Notes: a model not told the origin generated them from the sequence alone. 64,000 bases of DNA from Candidatus Staskawiczbacteria bacterium (GCA_903845295.1 CAIMWV010000015.1:6354-70353), one strand, 5' to 3'; shown: positions 6,980 through 15,647, counted from the stretch's first letter. Numbers and translations: made by a program.

Positions 6980-7468
6980 TTATTTCTCGGGAATGGGGAT
7001 GTGGGGCACAAGCAAACGGACCTCTCTTATTTGTTTTCCCTGAAAAACTAAGGGTTTTTCCGGATCAAGGTTTAACGTAATAATGGTTCCGGCAGCATTG
7101 CCCTTAATTTCGTCTGGGTCAAAATTACCAGAAATTTTTCTTTTTGCCGACTCTTGGTCAAGAGTAACTTGGATATCTAATTCCTTGGGCCCTCCATGAC
7201 CAGGTTCTTCTTTCGCCGGCCGAACAGAAATATATGTGCGCTGGGCGGGTACAGGATTTTTTTCGCCCTTGCCGATAGCAAAAGGAAGATCCATCATCAA
7301 TCTTCTTAATTCTTCTTCCTCTCTTGATCCCTCCGACAGAAAAGATGAGTTTCCATCTTCCCGAAATTCTTCAAATTGAGGAACAATTGCGTCTCCTCCG
7401 CCTATTACTAATTCTCTATTTTCAGCCCGTTCTTGATCAAGTAACTCGTCAGATGTTTTTCTTGCCAT
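6980..7468 (-). CDS. Hypothetical protein, 162 aa, acidic N-terminal half
   Basis: ATG-initiated ORF filling the gap between a bidirectional hairpin (about 6919-6955) and the tRNA pair. No family recognised. Confidence 0.55.
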   Translation of the reverse strand: MARKTSDELLDQERAENRELVIGGGDAIVPQFEEFREDGNSSFLSEGSREEEELRRLMMDLPFAIGKGEKNPVPAQRTYISVRPAKEEPGHGGPKELDIQVTLDQESAKRKISGNFDPDEIKGNAAGTIITLNLDPEKPLVFQGKQIREVRLLVPHIPIPEK

Positions 7469-7536
7469 AAAAATTTTATTTTAAATTATTTATAAATTCG
7501 ACCTTTGAATCCTTCTCTCTAGGCCTAACTAACTTG

Positions 7537-7619
7537 TGCCCGGGGCGGGAGTCGAACCCGCATGAGGAAAACCTCGCAACATTTTAAGTGTTGTGCGTAT
7601 ACCATTCCGCCACCCGGGC
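7537..7619 (-). tRNA. tRNA-Leu (anticodon TAA)
   Basis: Reverse complement gcccggg...cccgggca, anticodon arm caaca-cttaaaa-tgttg, long variable arm, T arm gcggg-ttcgact-cccgc. Confidence 0.9.
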
Positions 7620-7648
7620 AAGGTACTGCCGCCCTCTTATCAATTTTG

Positions 7649-7720
7649 AGGCCAGGGCGAGAATTGCACTCGCGTATGTTGGTTTTGCAGACCAACGCCT
7701 TACTACTTGGCTACCTGGCC
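7649..7720 (-). tRNA. tRNA-Cys (anticodon GCA)
   Basis: Reverse complement ggccagg...cctggcct, anticodon arm ttggt-ctgcaaa-accaa. T arm gcgag-tgcaatt-ctcgc has a non-canonical T loop. Confidence 0.8.
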
Positions 7721-7741
7721 ATCTAATTTAATTTATCAATT

Positions 7742-8101
7742 TTATGACTTTTTTTCAATATTTGTTTCTTCGCCAGCTTTGACTAAGAGCTCTTCTATCT
7801 TCGCCGCCTTTGCAATTTCTGTTTCTTTAATAAATTTTATTTTGGGAATTGGCCGCATCCTTAATGTCCTGTTGATTTTATACTGGATATCATAAACCGA
7901 TTTATTCAGGGCGCGTATGATTCCCTCGGATTTTTCTTCCGGAAAAACAGAAATATAAGCCTTGGTTTCGATTAAATTTGCCGATGTATCAACTCGGGTC
8001 AGCGTAACCAAAATTTCCGGAGAAAAAGCAAAATCCTTTAAAAGAATTTTGCCGATCTCATGCTGTAACAGCGAATTTACTTTCTCTATTCTATTGCTCA
8101 T
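7742..8101 (-). CDS. rbfA: Ribosome-binding factor A
   Basis: 119 aa. RIEKVNSLLQHEIGKIL...LVTLTRVDTSANLIETKAYISVF. Located directly downstream of infB, as is usual. Confidence 0.9.
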   Translation of the reverse strand: MSNRIEKVNSLLQHEIGKILLKDFAFSPEILVTLTRVDTSANLIETKAYISVFPEEKSEGIIRALNKSVYDIQYKINRTLRMRPIPKIKFIKETEIAKAAKIEELLVKAGEETNIEKKS

Positions 8102-8111
8102 CTTTCAATAA

Positions 8112-9638
8112 TTAAAGTTCTCCCTTTTTTCTTTCTTCGACGTATGCGACCAGTATATCCCCTTTTTCAATTTTTGTATTGCCTTCAAAAAGTATGCCGG
8201 CTTCATCGCCCTTCCTCAATAAATCGATATCTTTTTTATCGCGCTGGAGATTGATTATCCTGCCTGACCCTATTTTTTTGTCGTCTCTGAAAACCTCTAA
8301 TTTTAATCCTTTTTTCAGTTCGCCCTCGGTAATTTTTCCGCCCACGATCTGCCTGTTTTTTTCTCCCCAAAAAACCAGCAATGTCCTTAACTTTCCGACA
8401 TCTTTTCTTGTTATTTCTGCCTCTAAAGTTTTTTCCAAGCTATGCCTCACGTCCTGTATTAATTCATATATTATATCAAATGTTTTAATTCTCAGTTTTT
8501 TCTCCAAATCATTTTTCATAAACTGAAGGACAGTCGGACTAATTTTAACCCTGAATCCGATTATTATGGCTTTTGACATCTCAGCAAGCTTTGCGTCCGT
8601 TTCATTTATTTCCCCGACCTCTGATTTTAAAATACGCAAAGTAGCTTTATCCTGGGGCAAGCTTTTCAGCATACCATCAATCGCCTCCAGCGAACCGAAA
8701 ACATCTCCCTTCAAAATTATATTCAAGACTTTTTTGTTCGGATCAGATTCCAAAACAGTTGAACCAATTTCTCTTTTCGGCTGTTCTGTTCTTATCTTTG
8801 CCATTGCCTCCTCGGCTGTTTTATAGCTTCTGAACTTTTCTCCGACTGCCGGCACTTTTTCAAATCCTAAAATAATAACCGGCTGAGAAGGATTTGCTTC
8901 TTTTATAGGAAGACCCTTAAAGTCCTCCAAATGTTTTATTTTGGCCAAAGCCAAATCCGTGGCGATGATGTCCTTATTTTTCAAAATACCTTTTTTCACA
9001 ATAGCAGTTGCCACGGGCCCTTTTGAACCGTCCATATAGGATTCAATAATCAATCCTTCCGCAGAAACCTCTGTTTCCGATCTTAAATCCTGCAAATCAG
9101 CAACCAGTAATACAACCTCCAACAATTCATCGATTCCTGTCTTTTCTTTTGCCGAGACTTCCACAGCAGGTATTGTCCCGCCGAAAGATTCAACTAAAAC
9201 ATCTATTTTGGAAAGCTCTCCTTTTATTTTTTCAGGATTTGCCGTCGGCAAATCAATTTTATTTAAAACAACAATCATCGGGATTTCAGCCCTTTTTATC
9301 GCCATCACAGCTTCCTTGGTCTGCGGCTGTACTGATTGGGCGGCATCTACAACCAGCAAAGCAATATCAGCAACTTCAGCCCCTCTGGCCCTCATTGCAG
9401 AAAATGCCTCGTGGCCAGGCGTATCGATGAATGTTATTTTTTTCCCTTTTTCCTCAACTTCATAAGCTCCAATATGCTGGGTGATCCCGCCCGATTCTTT
9501 TGAGGTTATTTTAAAATCCCTGATTGCTTCTAAAAGAGAACTCTTTCCGTGGTCAACGTGACCCAAAACAACCACCACTGGCGGCCTGTGCAAAATCTCT
9601 TCTATTTTGGAGGACCCTTTAGGTCGTTTTTTAGCCAT
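8112..9638 (-). CDS. infB: Translation initiation factor IF-2 (short form lacking the long N-terminal region)
   Basis: 508 aa. GTPase motifs GHVDHGKSS, DTPGHEAF, NKID. IF-2 C-terminal domains. Confidence 0.95.
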   Translation of the reverse strand: MAKKRPKGSSKIEEILHRPPVVVVLGHVDHGKSSLLEAIRDFKITSKESGGITQHIGAYEVEEKGKKITFIDTPGHEAFSAMRARGAEVADIALLVVDAAQSVQPQTKEAVMAIKRAEIPMIVVLNKIDLPTANPEKIKGELSKIDVLVESFGGTIPAVEVSAKEKTGIDELLEVVLLVADLQDLRSETEVSAEGLIIESYMDGSKGPVATAIVKKGILKNKDIIATDLALAKIKHLEDFKGLPIKEANPSQPVIILGFEKVPAVGEKFRSYKTAEEAMAKIRTEQPKREIGSTVLESDPNKKVLNIILKGDVFGSLEAIDGMLKSLPQDKATLRILKSEVGEINETDAKLAEMSKAIIIGFRVKISPTVLQFMKNDLEKKLRIKTFDIIYELIQDVRHSLEKTLEAEITRKDVGKLRTLLVFWGEKNRQIVGGKITEGELKKGLKLEVFRDDKKIGSGRIINLQRDKKDIDLLRKGDEAGILFEGNTKIEKGDILVAYVEERKKGEL

Positions 9639-10110
9639 GATAATTGATTGCTTTATTTACAGCTTCAAGTTCCTCATTAGACAGCGCATAATCTGACTTT
9701 CCTTGTTTTATTGTTTTTGTATAAACCCTGTTTCCGTCTTTTACAAACAGGCTGGAAATTAAAAAACCGTTATTTTTGTCATCTAACATTGCGATACAAA
9801 AGCTTTGGTTGCCCCCCATATCATTGAAAGGATTAAATCTTACTACGCTTATTTTTCGGATGGTTGTTTCGCAGATCCCTTCCAGGTTCTTAATTTTTAA
9901 AAAAGCGTCTTCAATTTTTTTCCCTAAATCGTCGTTTTTTTCTTTTTGCGACAATAAAATATCTTTAAAATCTTTTATTTTGCCTTTTTCCAATAGAATA
10001 TCTATTTTTTTATTGGCTTTATAAGAATATACAAACAAAAAAACATTGATAATTAACAGAATAAGAGCTAAGCCACCCGATAATAAAAAAATGGTCGCTT
10101 GTAAAGCCAT
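9631..10110 (-). CDS. DUF4446-like membrane-anchored protein
   Basis: 159 aa. N-terminal TM helix, then VVRFNPFNDMGGNQSFCIAMLDDKNNGFLISSLF, typical of the DUF4446 family. Overlaps the infB start by 8 nt. Confidence 0.6.
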   Translation of the reverse strand: MALQATIFLLSGGLALILLIINVFLFVYSYKANKKIDILLEKGKIKDFKDILLSQKEKNDDLGKKIEDAFLKIKNLEGICETTIRKISVVRFNPFNDMGGNQSFCIAMLDDKNNGFLISSLFVKDGNRVYTKTIKQGKSDYALSNEELEAVNKAINYHG

Positions 10111-10205
10111 GTAATCATATTACTCCCAAATTGACAAAAATTCAATGCCCTTGTGGACATTGTCATGCCATACAAAGCAAGCCGCAGGCATAAGCCCTTT
10201 GATTT

Positions 10206-11174
10206 CTATTTTAAAAAGTTTTCCATTGCTTTTCTTGTCTCAAGCGTGTTTTTAACCTTCATAAGATGCTCTCTGAGTTCTTTAGCGCCTTTAAATCCCT
10301 TTGTATACGCATGAAAGTGTTTTTTTATACTTTCAAATTGCTTGCAGCAACCATCTTTTCCAATATCTTTTTTATGCAAATTATCAAAAATTTCAGCATG
10401 CTCAATAACAGCATTAAGCCGTTCCGAAAGAAGGGGCGACTTCCCAGAAAAAAACCACGGGTTTCCCAAAAGACCACGGCCAATCATAACGCCGTCTAAT
10501 CCTGTTTCGTTTATTAATTTATGAGCCTCTGCAAGCGATTTTACATCACCATTCCCTAAAATTAACGTCTCTGGAGCAATGCGATCTCGAAGTTTTAAAA
10601 TTTCCTGCGCTAATTCCCAATGAGCAGGAGGGGCGGACATTTCCTTTCTTGTGCGAAAATGCACTGTAAGCGCTGCGATGTTTTCCTCGAGAAGCGCGGG
10701 AATCCACTCGGCAATCTGATTCTTATTATATCCAATACGTGTTTTTACCGAAATCGGAATTTTACCTGCTCCCTTCTTTGCCCCCCGAATAATTTCTTTT
10801 GCCAAACCTGGATTTTTAATCAATGCTGCACCTCCTCCTTTTTTCTCTATATCACTATCAGGGCAACCCATATTAATATCAATACCGTCAAAACCAAGTT
10901 TTACAATCTCCGAGGCCGCTTTTTCAAAATATAAAGGGTCTCCGCCAAAAACCTGAGCGACTATTGGGCGCTCTTTCGGCAAAAATTTTAAAATCTCAAG
11001 ACAATAATCTCTTCCCTTAGAAAACAAGCCGTCGGCTGAAACAAACTCTGTCCAAAAAACATCCGGCTTTCCGTATTTTAAAAACATCTGCCGGAATGCT
11101 TCGTCACTCACTCCCGACATCGGGGCCGTAACCATTATTGGCCGTTTTAATTTTTCCCAAAAATTCGTTTTCAT
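10206..11174 (-). CDS. dus: tRNA-dihydrouridine synthase
   Basis: 322 aa. TIM-barrel FMN motifs MSGVSDEAFR, GFDGIDINMGCP, VKTRIG, VHFRT. Confidence 0.9.
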   Translation of the reverse strand: MKTNFWEKLKRPIMVTAPMSGVSDEAFRQMFLKYGKPDVFWTEFVSADGLFSKGRDYCLEILKFLPKERPIVAQVFGGDPLYFEKAASEIVKLGFDGIDINMGCPDSDIEKKGGGAALIKNPGLAKEIIRGAKKGAGKIPISVKTRIGYNKNQIAEWIPALLEENIAALTVHFRTRKEMSAPPAHWELAQEILKLRDRIAPETLILGNGDVKSLAEAHKLINETGLDGVMIGRGLLGNPWFFSGKSPLLSERLNAVIEHAEIFDNLHKKDIGKDGCCKQFESIKKHFHAYTKGFKGAKELREHLMKVKNTLETRKAMENFLK

Positions 11175-11181
11175 GTTTCTT

Positions 11182-11205
11182 AAAAAGCGCTGAAAGCGCT
11201 TTTTA
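11182..11205. terminator. Bidirectional hairpin between tRNA-Ser and dus
   Basis: aaaaagcgct-gaa-agcgcttttt. Confidence 0.5.
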
Positions 11206-11213
11206 TTTTAATG

Positions 11214-11298
11214 CGGAGGGGGTGAGATTCGAACTCACGATACCCTTTCGAGTAACGGTTTTCGAAACCGTCCCGTTAAACCACTCCGGCACCCCTCC
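11214..11298 (-). tRNA. tRNA-Ser (anticodon CGA)
   Basis: Reverse complement ggagggg...cccctccg, anticodon arm acggt-ttcgaaa-accgt, long variable arm. 85 nt. Confidence 0.9.
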
Positions 11299-11388
11299 AT
11301 AAAATTATAATACTTTATAAATATTATTACTTCAACTAAAATGCGGCCCTTCGCCGCATTTTTATTAAATCAGTTTATTCGGCTGTCT

Positions 11389-11808
11389 TTATTCCTCGTT
11401 CTTCACTAAAATTTTATGCCAATCATTGAAGTCATAAATATCATGGGCAATAATGCCGGACACCACTCCCACAAAAAATCTTGGAAGGTAAAAATAATCA
11501 ATAAACCAAACTATCAGCAATAACAAAGCTCCTAAAATCCAGTGGTGCAGATGAATTTTCCATTTTTTCCCGCAATCTATATAAACACAATCAACCTTGC
11601 CGTTTTCAAGCAGATATTTTGAAAAAATCTTAGAGCCGATATACCCTAGGGCTAACCCCAAAGCCAAAAGAAAGGAATAATAAAATGAAGCTACTAATAC
11701 GACTGTTGGCAGATATTTCCTGACTTTTGAGTTATTATTGTCTTTTTTTGCTAATTCTAGGTCTATTAATTTACCGTTTATATCGTTTAATTTATCGTTA
11801 TTTTCCAT
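11389..11808 (-). CDS. Hypothetical integral membrane protein, 139 aa
   Basis: ATG ORF with about 3 hydrophobic helices. No family recognised. Confidence 0.55.
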   Translation of the reverse strand: MENNDKLNDINGKLIDLELAKKDNNNSKVRKYLPTVVLVASFYYSFLLALGLALGYIGSKIFSKYLLENGKVDCVYIDCGKKWKIHLHHWILGALLLLIVWFIDYFYLPRFFVGVVSGIIAHDIYDFNDWHKILVKNEE

Positions 11809-12032
11809 AAAATAATCCCGACTTCCTGATAGAAATCGTTTGACTCTATTAACGTTAAATCTATTTATTATTTATCCATTTTACCATCAGCAAGCACCCT
11901 TGTCCATAGACAGACACCATTTTTATCCCCAGCTATTCCCCATATAAAAAGAGTAAGAATCTGCCCGAAACATGCGCTTTTAGGCCGAAAAACCGCCCTT
12001 TACAGCGATTTTTTGCCGATTCGGTGGTTTGT

Positions 12033-12116
12033 GTGCCCCTAGAACCTCCATTTAAGGTTTAGGAAACCTTCGCCCTATCTTCCCCCCCCACACCAATGCG
12101 CCCTCGGGAGGAATCT
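12033..12116. pseudogene. Rearranged fragments of tRNA-Arg(CCT)
   Basis: gaacctccatttaaggtttaggaaacct.cg.cctatc and gccctcgggaggaatc duplicate parts of the intact gene at 12217-12288 but in permuted order. ccccacaccaatgc is the inverted copy of gcattggtgtgggg at 12287-12300. Confidence 0.5.
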
Positions 12117-12180
12117 CACCGGCAGTTCTCGAAAGCAACAAGGGGGCTGGAGTTTCTCAACCTTCCCAAAGACAATATAA

Positions 12181-12214
12181 AACCTGGGGCGCTAAATAGC
12201 GCCCCAGGTTTTCT
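12181..12214 (-). terminator. Hairpin terminator downstream of tRNA-Arg(CCT)
   Basis: 12-bp stem aacctggggcgc/gcgccccaggtt, loop taaata, T-rich flanks. Confidence 0.5.
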
Positions 12215-12216
12215 TG

Positions 12217-12288
12217 TGCCCTCGGGAGGAATCGAACCTCCATTTAAGGTTTAGGAAACCTCCGTCCTATCCGTTGAACGACGAGGGC
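12217..12288 (-). tRNA. tRNA-Arg (anticodon CCT)
   Basis: Reverse complement gccctcg...cgagggca, anticodon arm gaggt-ttcctaa-acctt, T arm ggagg-ttcgatt-cctcc. Confidence 0.9.
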
Positions 12289-12425
12289 ATTGGTGTGGGG
12301 CAAATTGAACAACAAGGGCTTTGTTTATTTAATACGTTAACACAATTTTTATAAAACTGCAAGTTGCTATTTTATAGATTATTCTGATATAATTATTCAA
12401 TTACTCAATATTAAAATTTAAAAAC

Positions 12426-13466
12426 ATGCCTTTTAAATCACCTATCGTAGAAATCGCAAAAAAAGTTTGTCCGGCGGTAATTACTGTCATAGTTTCAAAA
12501 GACTTGCCGAAAGCAGAGAATTTTTATTCTTTCCCTTTCGGCGGCAAAGAATACGTAATGCCGAAGTTAGAAAAGGGCCAGAAGAGCAAAGTGCAGAAAA
12601 CCACAATTGGCGGAGGGTCGGGGTTTATTATTTCAGAAGATGGTTATGTTTTAACCTCAAACCATGTGGTATCAGACACAACGGCTGACTATACTGTGAT
12701 TGTGGATCCGAAACATAAATATCCGGCCAAAGTTTTGTCACGCAACCCAATCAACGACACTGCTGTCTTAAAAATTGAAGACCATAATAAATTCCCATAT
12801 TTAGAAATGGCGGATTCGAATAAAATTGAACTTGGAGAAGAAGTGGTTGCAGTGGGAAATGCATTAGGTGAATTTACAGATACATTATCATCTGGAATTG
12901 TTTCCGGGCTTTCCCGGTTTATAACCGCGTTTGGAGGAATTGAAAATCAGATGCAAAACTTAAGGGGGCTTATACAAACTGATGCTGCAATTAATCCCGG
13001 CAACTCCGGCGGGCCTTTGATTAATATGGACTGCCAGGTTATCGGCATAAATACCGCCATGATAATGGGCGCTGAAAATATCGGTTTTGCAATTCCCATA
13101 AATTACGCAAAAAAAGATTTAGAGGAAGTCAGAAAATACGGAAAAATAATAATGCCGTTCTTGGGTGTAAAATATGTTTTAATTTCAAAAGAAATGGCAG
13201 AAGCCAACAAATTGCCGGTAAATGACGGAGCTTTGGTGGTACGGGAACAGCTGGGAGAATCGCCGGTAATAAAAGGTTCTGCAGCAGACAGGGCGGGAAT
13301 CAAAGAATGGGATATAATTTTGGCCTGCAATAATGAAAAAATCACCATGAAAAACTCATTGGCGAACATTCTGCAAAAATGCAAAATCGGGGAAGAAACA
13401 ACTTTGACTGTTCTGCGCGACGGCAAAAAAATAAATCTGAAGGCAAAGTTGGAAGAAAAAATTTAA
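12426..13466 (+). CDS. htrA: HtrA/DegP-family serine protease with C-terminal PDZ domain
   Basis: 346 aa. Catalytic His (TSNHVV), Asp (NDTAVLKI), Ser (GNSGGPL). PDZ-like C-terminus. Confidence 0.9.
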   Translation: MPFKSPIVEIAKKVCPAVITVIVSKDLPKAENFYSFPFGGKEYVMPKLEKGQKSKVQKTTIGGGSGFIISEDGYVLTSNHVVSDTTADYTVIVDPKHKYPAKVLSRNPINDTAVLKIEDHNKFPYLEMADSNKIELGEEVVAVGNALGEFTDTLSSGIVSGLSRFITAFGGIENQMQNLRGLIQTDAAINPGNSGGPLINMDCQVIGINTAMIMGAENIGFAIPINYAKKDLEEVRKYGKIIMPFLGVKYVLISKEMAEANKLPVNDGALVVREQLGESPVIKGSAADRAGIKEWDIILACNNEKITMKNSLANILQKCKIGEETTLTVLRDGKKINLKAKLEEKI

Positions 13467-13526
13467 CATCATTTTAACGCCACAATTAAGTGATCACAAT
13501 TTTGTAGAAGTAATCAAAAAAGTCTA

Positions 13527-13555
13527 TTGACAAATATCCTGAAAAGGTATACAAT
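13527..13555 (+). promoter_or_regulatory. Candidate promoter
   Basis: TTGACA, 17 nt, TACAAT, about 100 nt upstream of ATG 13653. Confidence 0.4.
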
Positions 13556-13652
13556 AAAAGTGAAAGATAAAATGTATCTGAGATTTTAAGGGAAATAGCA
13601 AAAAATAAAAGGTCGGATACTTTTGATTTGAAAATTAATAAATTTTAAAAAT

Positions 13653-13982
13653 ATGTTTGACGAAACAAAAATCGGCGGAGGATCGGTTCCTGGAGAAGAA
13701 GGAAAATTTTCCTATACGGAAAAGGAATTAGACGAGAGGAAAAAGGCAAGTGACCGCGGAGATAAACCCAGAGAAGAATTAGTTAAGGCAGCTGAAGAGT
13801 TGAGACAGGAAGAAGAAGCTGCCAAAGCAAGAGGGGAGGCTGCAAAAGCAGAAAAGGAGGCTGCAGAAGCTGCTAGAAAAGCCAAAATAAAAGAACTTGA
13901 AGCAAAAATGGAAGAAAAAAATATAAAGGAATGGGAGAAGGAATGGGGGCCGAGAAAAGAGGAAAAGAAAGAAGCTGCATAA
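13653..13982 (+). CDS. Hypothetical Lys/Glu/Ala-rich coiled-coil protein, 109 aa
   Basis: ATG ORF with low-complexity charged sequence. No family recognised. Confidence 0.5.
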   Translation: MFDETKIGGGSVPGEEGKFSYTEKELDERKKASDRGDKPREELVKAAEELRQEEEAAKARGEAAKAEKEAAEAARKAKIKELEAKMEEKNIKEWEKEWGPRKEEKKEAA

Positions 13983-14062
13983 AAATAAAACCGCCTTTAC
14001 TCTATGAGGCGGTTTTATTTTGCTTTTATTCTGCTGGCTTGCTAAGCTATTTTATTATTACT

Positions 14063-14461
14063 TTATTCTGTCGTTGTGCCGTCAAATTCTTCTTCGCTTG
14101 CCTCTGCCTCGGCTTTTGTTACCCGCACAATGCCATCTTTATGGTGGGCCGGGGAATAAATGGTGTAAAGTTTCAGACTTTCTGTTTTAGAGACATTAAT
14201 GATATTGTGCTGAGAACCGGCAGGCACAACCACTGCTGTGCCATCTTGAATTTCATATTCATTCCCGTCAATGATGCATTTACCCTGGCCTTTTTCAAAA
14301 CGGAAAAATTGGTCGTTGTCTTTATGGACCTCCATCCCGATTTCTTCATTTGGAGCCAGAGACATCAAAACCAGCTGGCTGTGTTTTGAAGTGTAGAGAA
14401 CCTTCCTGAAATTTTCGTTCTCCAATGTATCTTTTTCTATATTTGAAACAAATCCTTTCAT
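14063..14461 (-). CDS. Cupin-domain protein
   Basis: 132 aa. GMEVHKDNDQFFRFEKGQG...GTAVVVPAGSQHNIIN matches the two cupin motifs. Confidence 0.75.
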   Translation of the reverse strand: MKGFVSNIEKDTLENENFRKVLYTSKHSQLVLMSLAPNEEIGMEVHKDNDQFFRFEKGQGKCIIDGNEYEIQDGTAVVVPAGSQHNIINVSKTESLKLYTIYSPAHHKDGIVRVTKAEAEASEEEFDGTTTE

Positions 14462-14483
14462 GTTTATGTTTTTTTAATAATAT

Positions 14484-14560
14484 TGGTGGGCGGCTAACGG
14501 GATTCGAACCCGTACTGAGACTGCCACAGAGTCTTGTGCTGCCATTACACCATAGCCGCC
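14484..14560 (-). tRNA. tRNA-His (anticodon GTG) with G-1, CCA encoded
   Basis: Reverse complement g-gcggcta...tagccgc-c-cca, anticodon arm agact-ctgtggc-agtct. The extra 5' G pairs with C73. Confidence 0.9.
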
Positions 14561-14578
14561 ATAAATAAAATCTACCTG

Positions 14579-14649
14579 TCGGGGTGCCCAGATTCGAACT
14601 GGGGCTAAACGCTCCCAAAGCGTTCGTGCTACCGCTACACAACACCCCG
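14579..14649 (-). tRNA. tRNA-Pro (anticodon TGG)
   Basis: Reverse complement cggggtg...caccccga, anticodon arm aacgc-tttggga-gcgtt, T arm cccag-ttcgaat-ctggg. Confidence 0.9.
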
Positions 14650-14682
14650 ATATATTATAGATAATATAGCAAAAAATCAACA

Positions 14683-14711
14683 TTGTCAAAGGAAAAATTT
14701 TGTGATAATAT
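14683..14711 (+). promoter_or_regulatory. Promoter of the tRNA-Arg/Gly unit, sharing its -35 with a divergent promoter
   Basis: TTGTCA, 17 nt, TGaTAATAT on the plus strand. The minus-strand TTGACA (14689-14684), 17 nt, TATTAT points at tRNA-Pro/His. Confidence 0.45.
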
Positions 14712-14724
14712 ATTAGTTAATTCA

Positions 14725-14796
14725 GCCCTCGTAGTTAAATGGATATAACTCTAGCCTTCTAAGCTGGTGTTGGAGGTTCGATTCCTCCCGAGGGCA
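14725..14796 (+). tRNA. tRNA-Arg (anticodon TCT)
   Basis: Acceptor gccctcg/cgagggc, anticodon arm ctagc-cttctaa-gctgg, T arm ggagg-ttcgatt-cctcc. Confidence 0.9.
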
Positions 14797-14914
14797 CAAA
14801 GCCTGGATTTAAATACAAAGCAATTCGAGGGAGGATGAGAACCTCCACCCCCGGATTGCGAGCGAAGCGAGGCAATGCCTTCGGGCAACTCGGTTCGATT
14901 CCTCCCGAAGGCAC
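14797..14914 (+). repeat. tRNA-trailing mini-insert ending in a 23-bp (1 mismatch) duplicate of the tRNA-Arg(TCT) 3' end
   Basis: ggttcgattcctcccgagggcac at 14775-14797 versus ggttcgattcctcccgaaggcac at 14892-14914. The second copy is preceded by gcaatgccttcgggcaactc (14872-14891), identical to 5524-5543. Confidence 0.55.
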
Positions 14915-14917
14915 CAT

Positions 14918-14988
14918 GCAGGTATCGTATATCGGTATTACCTTAGCTTTCCAAGCTAATGAGAGGGGTTCGACTCCCCTTACCTGCT
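14918..14988 (+). tRNA. tRNA-Gly (anticodon TCC)
   Basis: Acceptor gcaggta/tacctgc, anticodon arm ttagc-tttccaa-gctaa, T arm agggg-ttcgact-cccct. Confidence 0.9.
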
Positions 14989-14997
14989 CAAAATGCA

Positions 14998-15024
14998 GAA
15001 ACCACCTTAACGGGTGGTTTTTGT
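14998..15024 (+). terminator. Rho-independent terminator after tRNA-Gly(TCC)
   Basis: aaaccacc-ttaacg-ggtggttt followed by T run. Confidence 0.6.
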
Positions 15025-15074
15025 TTTATCTTTTTTATGATAAAGTAAGATAAATAAAGATTAACCATAAAACC

Positions 15075-15602
15075 ATGACAGATAAATTTATCAATTTATA
15101 TGATTTTATAGATTTCGCCAGGGCTAACCGAAAATATCCGGACAATACGGCAAATAATTTGAAATCTGCTCTAAAAATTTTTGAGAAAGAACTGAATGCG
15201 GAAGAACTTAAGTCTATAAGCATGGTAGAGGACAGCATAGGAGAAATTTTTAGGAGCTTAGTGATTGCAAATAAAAACAAAAGCATTTTATCTTTGAATA
15301 CCTACAAGGCCCGCCTGCTTAAAGTTATAAAAGACTACAAAAAATATGGCGCAGAACCCGGCAAAATACAAAATTGGGTTGTAAAAATAAAGAAATCCAC
15401 ACCCCTGTTAATTAAGAAAGATAAAACAGATAAAAAGAATATAGAATTATCTAATCTTATCCATACTCCTGTGGAGAAACTCCACAAGATAGATATTTCT
15501 TTTGACTGTGACACGGTTAAAATTTCGATTCCAAAAGACATTAGCGCCAAAGAAGTTAAAATGATAAAAGGTGTCCTGGACTCCTTAACGACTAGAGATT
15601 AA
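15075..15602 (+). CDS. Hypothetical protein, 175 aa
   Basis: ATG ORF with AT-rich native composition. No family recognised. Confidence 0.55.
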   Translation: MTDKFINLYDFIDFARANRKYPDNTANNLKSALKIFEKELNAEELKSISMVEDSIGEIFRSLVIANKNKSILSLNTYKARLLKVIKDYKKYGAEPGKIQNWVVKIKKSTPLLIKKDKTDKKNIELSNLIHTPVEKLHKIDISFDCDTVKISIPKDISAKEVKMIKGVLDSLTTRD

Positions 15603-15647
15603 TAATGGTCGCAATTTTGGCTGTTTTTTGGTATAATATACAAAAAC

